IMG/VR virus record: IMGVR_UViG_3300020029_000022
Location: 1 to 6,078 of that record
Reading direction: 5' to 3' (one strand)
Source of the DNA: a virus
DNA: 6,078 nt
Shown here: positions 1 through 5,719 of the stretch, one piece after another
Position numbering within the stretch: position 1 is the stretch's first letter
How the letters are laid out: the number at the start of each line of letters is the position of its first letter
Program-made: the position numbers and the translations under genes
Notes under the pieces: generated by a model
Seen by the model: only the letters and a program-made list of their open reading frames with translations
Told to the model about the DNA's origin: nothing
Database searches by the model: none

Positions 1-80
1 CGAACAAGCCATTCAGTAAACATGTACTCGGCGACGTCAGCGGAAAGGTCAACGAATCTAGACTTTTTGTTTGCTTTCAT
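1..80 (-). CDS. Redundant partial copy (first 26 codons) of the 105-aa hypothetical ORF. It is an artefact of the terminal redundancy, not a separate gene.
   Basis: ATG at 80..78 and the downstream sequence are identical to 6037..5958. The ORF runs off the window edge. Confidence 0.5.
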   Translation of the reverse strand, partial: MKANKKSRFVDLSADVAEYMFTEWLV

Positions 81-121
81 AGTAATACGGTTATTGGTTT
101 ACAGCACAAAGATGCAACGAA
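1..121. repeat. Terminal direct repeat, copy 1. Exact duplicate of 5958..6078, interpreted as circular-genome assembly overlap.
   Basis: Base-by-base comparison shows cgaacaagccattcagtaaacatg...cacaaagatgcaacgaa at both ends of the window. The repeat runs to the very last base and cuts through an ORF, which is typical of a circular contig with overhang. Confidence 0.95.
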
Positions 122-137
122 AAAAACGAACGGCAAA
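107..137 (-). promoter_or_regulatory. Candidate Bacteroides-type promoter (-33 TTTG / -7 TAnnTTTG-like) upstream of the 105-aa ORF
   Basis: The minus strand reads aacTTTGccgttcgtttttttcgttgCAtcTTTGtgctg. TTTG lies at 137..134, followed by a 19-nt spacer, then CATCTTTG at 114..107, which has one mismatch to TAnnTTTG. The ATG at 80 lies 26 nt downstream. This is the only such match I found in the intergenic regions. Confidence 0.3.
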
Positions 138-163
138 GTTCAAAAGGTCAAAAAGAATGTTCA

Positions 164-1423
164 TTATCTCCTAAAATTTCGACGAGACGTATAAACACCT
201 CCACGAAGTTCACCGTTCGAATCATAAACCTCTCGACTTTCATCATAACCGGCGGGCGAGGCCACGCCTTTAGTGAGGGCCATGCCACTGATCGCGATAG
301 CGCCAGCGAGAGCTGTGCGAGCCATCGAATAGCCAAAAGCGTTCTTCTCAGAACGATTCATAAACCAACGACCAGAAAGCCCTTGTTCGCCTTCAGAGGC
401 GGCGAGGCCCAAGAGCTTCTCATGAATTTGACGACCGGTCATCTTGATCACCTTACCCGTAGGCTTACCCTTCTCATCAACTTCCGGAACATCAACTTCA
501 GTCTCCCAATTGAGATTGAACCACTCACGAAGATCGGCGAGGCGAACTTTCTGAATTTCAGTGTCAGACTTCATCAAATCACCGGAGGCAGCAGATTCGT
601 AAGCAGCAGCATAATCACGAGAGATTTGCGCGGCATAAACAGAATCGAAATACTTATCGTTGTACTTCTTAATCATATTTGCCTCTTCAACATGCTTTGA
701 ATACATAGCCACAAAATCCTGAAATTTGTACGTAGCCATAAGGTCAGCATATTCAGCATCAGCAGCATGAATATCAGCAAGAGCACGATTAAGACGAACA
801 AGTTCAGCGACGTTGCTAATGTTATGCTCGAGGGCCTTCTTTTCGAGATCGTCCATATCTTTACGCCAATCAGCACTATGGGTATTGCCTCGCATCAAAT
901 CAGCTTCGGCGTTATCACGATTAGCGGCGGCAACGTTACGGTCTGCAGTCGATCGAGCAAGCATATTTTGAGCGATAGCCGCAGGATCAGCTGAAAAACC
1001 ACCGGGGGCAATCGGAGATCCTCCGGAAGGTCCAGAAGCAGAGGGCATAGAGGCAGAGCCGCCAGACATTGTAGCGTTCACACCAACGCCTGAAGAGCCT
1101 AAAACAGCAGCAGGGGTTACACCAGCCTTCAAATAACGGTCGAAAACCTTCGAGGGATCATTGTAGGCATTCTCATAATCGAACTGCTTCTGCCAATTAG
1201 CATAGGAAAGCTCAGACTGCTTCTGCATCTGCTCTAAAGCATACTGCTGTTGAAGCTTCATCTGTTTCTGCTGAAAACGCCATTGGCGACGGGCGTTCAT
1301 GCCGCCAAAAAGTTGACCTAAGAAGCCGTTTATTAAACCGGTAGTGCCGGTAGAAGCAGCAGATTCGCCAAGGGCACGACCAAAGGAAGCGGTAGCGGCG
1401 GTGGCAGCAATAGGAGCGGGCAT
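164..1423 (-). CDS. VP2: Microviridae VP2 (minor capsid / DNA pilot protein), 419 aa
   Basis: ATG at 1423 and TAA at 166..164. The N-terminus is Ala/Gly-rich. A Q-rich coiled-coil-like stretch follows (RRQWRFQQKQMKLQQQYALEQMQKQ). Next comes NAYNDPSKVFDRYLKAGVTPAAVLG, which resembles the conserved AG(L/V)NP region of gokusho/alpavirus VP2, then a Gly/Ser-rich linker. Size and position after the capsid gene fit VP2. Confidence 0.8.
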   Translation of the reverse strand: MPAPIAATAATASFGRALGESAASTGTTGLINGFLGQLFGGMNARRQWRFQQKQMKLQQQYALEQMQKQSELSYANWQKQFDYENAYNDPSKVFDRYLKAGVTPAAVLGSSGVGVNATMSGGSASMPSASGPSGGSPIAPGGFSADPAAIAQNMLARSTADRNVAAANRDNAEADLMRGNTHSADWRKDMDDLEKKALEHNISNVAELVRLNRALADIHAADAEYADLMATYKFQDFVAMYSKHVEEANMIKKYNDKYFDSVYAAQISRDYAAAYESAASGDLMKSDTEIQKVRLADLREWFNLNWETEVDVPEVDEKGKPTGKVIKMTGRQIHEKLLGLAASEGEQGLSGRWFMNRSEKNAFGYSMARTALAGAIAISGMALTKGVASPAGYDESREVYDSNGELRGGVYTSRRNFRR

Positions 1424-1424
1424 A

Positions 1425-1616
1425 TTATACGTTAGTTAAAGTTCTAGAACGAATGATGTAATCAACGCGTACTGTATCAATGTGAACGCCATTACGCTGC
1501 ACTCTAGCCTGGGCAGCACATGACGACAAGAAAAAGGCAGCCAAAGCAGCAATAATGGAGGAGATCAGCGTCCAAAAAGCTTTTGACTTGTAAAAAGGAG
1601 TCTTAGTATCTGACAT
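1425..1616 (-). CDS. Small predicted lipoprotein (63 aa), function unknown
   Basis: ATG at 1616. TAA at 1427..1425 lies 1 nt before the VP2 ATG. The ORF occupies its own non-overlapping slot. It has a basic n-region (MSDTKTPFYKSK), a hydrophobic core (AFWTLISSIIAALAAFF) and a lipobox-like LSSC (codons 1529..1518). About 28 of 63 codons end in T, matching the T3 bias of the other genes. Confidence 0.7.
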   Translation of the reverse strand: MSDTKTPFYKSKAFWTLISSIIAALAAFFLSSCAAQARVQRNGVHIDTVRVDYIIRSRTLTNV

Positions 1617-1647
1617 AACTTCAAAAAATTAAAGAACGATAGAAAAA

Positions 1648-1720
1648 TGCGCGGCCTCTCCTGGAGTCGTTACCAATAACCTTCAGCAATTCACGGACTC
1701 TCGCAGAAGGGGTCCGCGCA
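1648..1720. other. Long imperfect GC-rich hairpin in the intergenic region between the 98-aa and 63-aa ORFs
   Basis: The outer stem pairs tgcgcgg (1648..1654) with ccgcgca (1714..1720). The middle stem pairs cctctcctg (1655..1663) with cagaagggg (1704..1712), giving 7 Watson-Crick pairs, 1 G-T pair and 1 mismatch, with a bulged T at 1713. The inner stem pairs gagtc (1664..1668) with gactc (1696..1700). There is no T-tract on either side. Confidence 0.55.
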
Positions 1721-1750
1721 CGTAGCATATATCGTCAAGTAAAGGATATA

Positions 1751-2047
1751 CTATTTTTCTTCAGAATTGGCAGAATTTGAAGTAGGCTTTGACTTATCAA
1801 GCTGAGAATCAATAAGTTCCTGGCCAACCTCGACGCCGTCGAACTTGTCCATGCGAGAGAAGGAGTTGGGGTCAAACTCAATCTCGGGGTTGAATTTCTC
1901 ACCCTTATCAAAGTCGGAGGGCTCGGCCACCACGTCTGGGCGACCGGGCAAAACATCGACGGAACCAGAACCATCGAGGACAGACATAATTCGCTGACCG
2001 CGGGAGACATAAGCGGGAGCATCTTCAAGTAACCAATCAAGCGCCAT
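1751..2047 (-). CDS. Hypothetical acidic protein (98 aa), possibly an internal scaffolding (VP3-like) protein
   Basis: ATG at 2047, 12 nt after the VP1 stop. The protein has 21 D/E against 10 K/R and no hydrophobic segment. The scaffold assignment rests only on acidity, size and position. Confidence 0.65.
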   Translation of the reverse strand: MALDWLLEDAPAYVSRGQRIMSVLDGSGSVDVLPGRPDVVAEPSDFDKGEKFNPEIEFDPNSFSRMDKFDGVEVGQELIDSQLDKSKPTSNSANSEEK

Positions 2048-2059
2048 AATATCAAGAGT

Positions 2060-3865
2060 TTAACGATTAGACAAACGGGTTGCAAAAGTTTTATTGATAA
2101 GAGTCTTCTTCTGTACCGCGTAGGACATATTTATAAAGAAGTTATCCTCTACTTTGGAAGCAAAAGGAGAGTTAACTTGACTCATGTCGGTAAAAAGAAT
2201 CGGATAATAATGAGATTCAGGCAGGCTGCCAGAGCCATCGGAAAGCTTAACGGAACGCTGCTGGACCCAATAAGAATAAAGAGGAGTGTAGACAGTACCA
2301 TTAGTCTCGGGCAGAGGATAAGCCTGGAGTTGTCCGAGAACCTCATCGTAGGATGCCCGAAACTCGTTAAAACACGGTTCGGAGGCAGATGTAGCACCTG
2401 CATTTCCGTTAAAAACCAGCCTAGCCGAAGAGACATCTTGATAGCCAATGTCGTTATAAATAGGGTTGAAGTAATCGGGACCCAGGTAGTTGAGATAATC
2501 CGGCTTAACGAAACTCCAGTAATAAACAGGTCGAATACTCAGCATGTCGATCATATAGCCGGGCTCGCGAAAATAATAAGACTGACGACGACCAAGACGC
2601 TCATTGAAGGCGATAGCACCACCTTGCTGGCCGAGAGGACCATTAATGCTCGGACCTGTGAAATTATTTTGTCCTGCTTGATTCATAATAACCTGCACGT
2701 TAATAGTCTGGGAGGCGCTAAAGAGAAGCTTAGGCCGGTCAACGTGTTCAATCTTCGACGCAAAAAAGGTTTCCAACCAATCGCTATAACGGGAGCCTCC
2801 AGCGCCAAGCAAATCTTTATACTCCTGGAGCCGCGAAGCAATGGCCAATTGCGGTATAGTCGAAACACCGGACATGGAAACAGCGGAGGTAGAACCCGTA
2901 GGAATGAGACGACTAAATCGGTCGGGATTCGAAGGAACGACCGCCATAGGATGAGCGACTAAAAAATAGGACAAGGCAGAGTTGGCGGTGCTTTTAGTAG
3001 TCGCATCAATCTGGGATTTAATGCCGGTAGACCCGAGCAAACTAGAATTCGGATAAGAGGTATCAACGGGATAACCGTCTCCAGTACTACCCGTGCTGTC
3101 TAAATCCGAACGAATAATCTGATAGAAAAGATTGCCACGGTTAAACGTATTATTGGTAGAAGCAACAGACGAGGGATAAAATTGGCTCTCGAAGAACGCA
3201 TCCAGAAATTCAAGGTTTCCGTAACACTGCGTAAAAAACCTCGAACCGGTCGGGTTGTTGGAATCAAGAGCAAACGAAGACGAAGAATAAAGAAGTCTAT
3301 TCGCCATAGGCCACGCAAAAGAATAAAGACCCCATTGCGAAAAACCATAATAGTTTCGAACAATATCCCAATAAGCCAAATAAGTATCGGCGTTAGACCA
3401 CTGTGTTATCGAAGCATTCGACGGAAGCGACACGGAGAGCAAGGGAGTTCCACCTATATTGCTCTTATTTCCGATGCGAAGCCAGGAAAAAAGGGAGTTT
3501 ACATACGATGCGCCAAAACGGTTGGAATTAAGTGCGCCGGTATCGGTCATAGTGGAGCAAACCCAATTTGTGCTCAAACTGTTCATATCGAACTTACTAC
3601 TATTCGTCCGAAGCTCGGGGTGATACAACTGCAGAGGCACCCAGAAACGATGAAGCCGAATGGTATAGGGATTGAATGTCGGAACAGCGAGAGGATTGCT
3701 ACGAACGTCAATACCCTGCTCGATAGAGACGCGGTCGCGGGCGTTAATAAAATCGATCCGCACCGGATACAGAATACCCGGTGTGCATGTAAAAGCTTTG
3801 CTCTCGGGAACATCGTAGCGAGAGTAGCCGTTTACAACGTGTGAAATAAAAGGTTGTTTTCCCAT
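2060..3865 (-). CDS. VP1: Microviridae major capsid protein VP1 (F-protein family), 601 aa
   Basis: This is the longest ORF, with ATG at 3865, 3 nt after the VP4 stop. The N-terminal region (TCTPGILYPV...RLHRFWVPLQL) and the block ASRLQEYKDLLGAGGSRYSDWLETFF...DRPKLL match the conserved microvirus capsid pattern lQ.f.E...rgG.RY.e.l..fFG....D.rl.RPe.LG. Confidence 0.93.
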   Translation of the reverse strand: MGKQPFISHVVNGYSRYDVPESKAFTCTPGILYPVRIDFINARDRVSIEQGIDVRSNPLAVPTFNPYTIRLHRFWVPLQLYHPELRTNSSKFDMNSLSTNWVCSTMTDTGALNSNRFGASYVNSLFSWLRIGNKSNIGGTPLLSVSLPSNASITQWSNADTYLAYWDIVRNYYGFSQWGLYSFAWPMANRLLYSSSSFALDSNNPTGSRFFTQCYGNLEFLDAFFESQFYPSSVASTNNTFNRGNLFYQIIRSDLDSTGSTGDGYPVDTSYPNSSLLGSTGIKSQIDATTKSTANSALSYFLVAHPMAVVPSNPDRFSRLIPTGSTSAVSMSGVSTIPQLAIASRLQEYKDLLGAGGSRYSDWLETFFASKIEHVDRPKLLFSASQTINVQVIMNQAGQNNFTGPSINGPLGQQGGAIAFNERLGRRQSYYFREPGYMIDMLSIRPVYYWSFVKPDYLNYLGPDYFNPIYNDIGYQDVSSARLVFNGNAGATSASEPCFNEFRASYDEVLGQLQAYPLPETNGTVYTPLYSYWVQQRSVKLSDGSGSLPESHYYPILFTDMSQVNSPFASKVEDNFFINMSYAVQKKTLINKTFATRLSNR

Positions 3866-3868
3866 AAA

Positions 3869-4939
3869 TTAAATAATTAGTTGAAGTTTATAGTGATCTC
3901 TCCAAAACTGAAGAATATCCAAATCCAGCCAAGTAGGGGGGTCAAAATCGGGCATCTTCCGAGAAGACGCAGAGAAGCGCATCATTTGCTTCTGTTCCCA
4001 CGTATATGTATCTCTACGGGATACGGAGGAATTGAGGCCAAACCGTTCAACGCACAGAGACACAATACGCTTAACCAGAGAAGACTTGCTAAAACGTGCA
4101 TAGCTATCAGCAGAGGTAATCGAACGTACAACTTCGTCTTCTTGTTTAAGATATTTAAGATAGTATCGAGGGATCGAGTAATTATAATTGATACGTTTCT
4201 CAAAATCAAAATAAGACCACGTCGAAGTACGAGCAGAAGGACGAGGCATATAACCAAGAAAATCACCAACGCCAGCAGATACGAATTTTCGCGTATAACG
4301 GCGATGTTGGAGGAGGCAAGATAAAGATGTAGTCTTTCCATCTAAAACGACATTTTGATTAGATATTTCTGTGGGGTCAAAATAAATTTGCTTAGTGACA
4401 TATTTAACAACGTACCGTGCACGCTTATGTGTGCCTTTCGCAAGCCAAACGAAGCCTAAATCACGGACAGCTGACCTAATTTCGTTGTATAGGCAATTAG
4501 TACCGAAAAGAAAGCCGTGAAAATGAAGACGAGGTTCTGATCCTGTCTCCGGGTGGGTGCCAAACTCCTGGAAAAACGCATGTTTAAAAGAGTGACCGAG
4601 GCGATGGCGTACGCGCTCATTCCATCGTCGAATAAACCTGGAGGGGTCTCGCAACGCTTCATCGTAATACTTAGGGGATATGGTTATCGTAATAAAAATT
4701 GCCTGTTGAGATTCAGCCTTACAGCGGGCAAGCTCGCGTTCGAGGCGAACAAACCAATTATTGCGCTGACGACGTAAGCACTCCTCGCACTTGCCACACG
4801 GGACCATTAGCCATTGGCGAGCAATGTCCCAAGGGCGAAGAGCCAAGGCGGATTTGGCAACGTCAGAGCCATTACGACAAGGATTCTTCTTGTCGAAATA
4901 GCGGCGATTGCGTATCCATATGGGAGAAGAGCAGGGCAT
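3869..4939 (-). CDS. VP4: Microviridae VP4 replication initiator (HUH rolling-circle endonuclease), 356 aa from the first ATG
   Basis: Motif I-like FITITISP is present. The HUH motif LHFHGFLF lies at 4528..4505. The two-tyrosine motif YVVKYVTK lies at 4414..4391. The Cys cluster CGKCEEC lies at 4798..4778. The ORF-track start at 4960 is a TTG. The first ATG (4939..4937) gives MPCSSPIWIRN, the usual M-x-C-x-x-P microvirus Rep N-terminus, and overlaps the upstream ORF stop. Confidence 0.92.
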   Translation of the reverse strand: MPCSSPIWIRNRRYFDKKNPCRNGSDVAKSALALRPWDIARQWLMVPCGKCEECLRRQRNNWFVRLERELARCKAESQQAIFITITISPKYYDEALRDPSRFIRRWNERVRHRLGHSFKHAFFQEFGTHPETGSEPRLHFHGFLFGTNCLYNEIRSAVRDLGFVWLAKGTHKRARYVVKYVTKQIYFDPTEISNQNVVLDGKTTSLSCLLQHRRYTRKFVSAGVGDFLGYMPRPSARTSTWSYFDFEKRINYNYSIPRYYLKYLKQEDEVVRSITSADSYARFSKSSLVKRIVSLCVERFGLNSSVSRRDTYTWEQKQMMRFSASSRKMPDFDPPTWLDLDILQFWRDHYKLQLII

Positions 4940-5139
4940 CAGAGAAAGCTTTGAAGACAATCAAATTTAATACTAGGATGATCAAGGCGACAGCGAACAA
5001 GATAATCATTCGCAGGAATCTCTTCAGCGAACCAAGCAATAACGACTCGCTTTCTGCCTCGATATGCGCCAATAGAATAGCGATAAGGAATGCTATTAAT
5101 AGTAGGAGAAAACCTAGGCCGGAAATCAAAATAATCCAT
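4939..5139 (-). CDS. Hypothetical small basic protein (66 aa), apparently translationally coupled to VP4
   Basis: ATG at 5139. The TGA at 4941..4939 shares its A with the VP4 ATG (ctcTGATGccc on the minus strand). By hand count 41 of 66 codons end in T, the third-position bias typical of microvirus genes. The protein has an RGRKR basic patch and 10 K/R against 7 D/E. Confidence 0.6.
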   Translation of the reverse strand: MDYFDFRPRFSPTINSIPYRYSIGAYRGRKRVVIAWFAEEIPANDYLVRCRLDHPSIKFDCLQSFL

Positions 5140-5161
5140 AATTCAAAAAGGTTATCTTGCG

Positions 5162-5365
5162 CCTCGAAAGACGGTACTTTCGAGGGCGAAAACTGTTTCG
5201 TTACGCCGCTCGACGGCCTTAACGGCCGGGACGCTTCGCGTCTTCGAGCTCCATGGCTTCACTCACGATTTGTATACCGAATAAATTCGGTGAATCCGAG
5301 GGTAAAAAAAATCCCAGGGGAGAGCGACTCCCCTGGGAGTCGACGGCCTAGAGGACTCGACCTCC
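5162..5365. other. Cluster of short GC-rich hairpins in the largest intergenic region (includes the terminator listed separately)
   Basis: The stems are 5162..5170/5177..5185 (9 bp, cctcgaaag/ctttcgagg), 5214..5218/5224..5228 (cggcc/ggccg), 5230..5234/5238..5242 (gacgc/gcgtc), 5276..5282/5285..5291 (accgaat/attcggt), 5313..5322/5328..5337, and 5336..5343/5357..5365 (ggagtcga/tcgacctcc with one bulge). The direct 10-mer tcgacggcct occurs at 5210..5219 and 5340..5349. Confidence 0.6.
5303..5337 (-). terminator. Rho-independent terminator downstream of the 107-aa ORF
   Basis: The minus strand reads cccaggggag-tcgct-ctcccctggg-a-tttttttt. This is a perfect 10-bp GC-rich stem with a 5-nt loop and a T8 tract (5311..5304). 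The stem begins 47 nt after the TAA at 5387..5385. There is no T-tract on the plus-strand side, so it is unidirectional. Confidence 0.85.
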
Positions 5366-5384
5366 AAGCGGACGGGTCACTACT

Positions 5385-5708
5385 TTAGTCCCTTTTCCCT
5401 TCTTCTTTCGTCGTGCTTTCATCGCAATCAAGTTTAAGGTCAAACAGAAGAACAATCGTGTTATCAAAGAATTCGATACAAAAGCCAGGGAAAACACTGC
5501 AGGTGCCGATGAGGTCAGAGATTTCCGAATGGTCGATGTAGAGCGAATCGCTAATACCCGAACTCTTCAAGTAGGAGGCGATGGGGGAATTCGCGATAGC
5601 GTCAAAAGGAATAGGGTCGAACTGGCCATCTTTGATACGACCTACCTGGACGAGGTCGATTTTAAGAGCCGGGTTGACTCGACGAACAACAACATGAATC
5701 TGTGTCAT
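5385..5708 (-). CDS. Hypothetical protein (107 aa from the ATG at 5708)
   Basis: The ATG at 5708..5706 lies 11 nt after the stop of the 105-aa ORF. Translation begins MTQIHVVVRRVNPALKIDLVQVGRIKDGQFDPIPFD and ends in an acidic/basic tail DESTTKEEGKRD. The longer 158-aa form needs a GTG start and a 142-nt same-strand overlap. I recognise no family. Confidence 0.6.
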   Translation of the reverse strand: MTQIHVVVRRVNPALKIDLVQVGRIKDGQFDPIPFDAIANSPIASYLKSSGISDSLYIDHSEISDLIGTCSVFPGFCIEFFDNTIVLLFDLKLDCDESTTKEEGKRD

Positions 5709-5719
5709 AATGATATGGT

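Noticed and set aside
120-141. Weak hairpin (gaac/gttc, 4 bp) followed by T7 on the minus strand downstream of VP2, a possible terminator
   Set aside because: The stem is only 4 bp and AT-poor but very short, which is far weaker than the terminator at 5303..5337. It also overlaps the promoter-like motif. I cannot support it as a terminator from sequence alone.
383-994. Plus-strand ORFs 383..700 (105 aa) and 767..994 (75 aa)
   Set aside because: Both are antisense to VP2, and I see no supporting signal.
1735-2085. 116-aa minus-strand ORF overlapping the whole 98-aa ORF and the VP1 stop
   Set aside because: It is an alternate frame of the 98-aa ORF and overlaps the VP1 3' end. Its P/S/L-rich hydrophobic composition fits a frame-shift by-product. 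The 98-aa frame has the cleaner ATG placed 12 nt after VP1.
2177-2962. 261-aa plus-strand ORF
   Set aside because: It is fully antisense to the well-supported VP1 gene. The translation is R/S/T/N-rich with no domain-like pattern. Microviruses code on one strand only, so long antisense ORFs are expected by chance opposite a T3-biased gene.
3182-3844. 220-aa plus-strand ORF
   Set aside because: It is antisense to VP1. The composition is extremely R/K-rich and low in complexity (KSKRRRRIKKSIRHRPRKRIK), which is typical of an antisense artefact.
4940-4960. Seven-codon N-terminal extension of VP4 (MSSKLSL) in the ORF track
   Set aside because: The start at 4960 is TTG. The first ATG at 4939 gives the typical MxCxxP Rep N-terminus and is coupled to the upstream stop codon.
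4699-5388. 229-aa plus-strand ORF spanning the VP4 5' end and the structured intergenic region
   Set aside because: It is antisense to VP4 and the 66-aa ORF, and it reads through the hairpins and the terminator. The sequence is not protein-like, and it is on the opposite strand to every supported gene.
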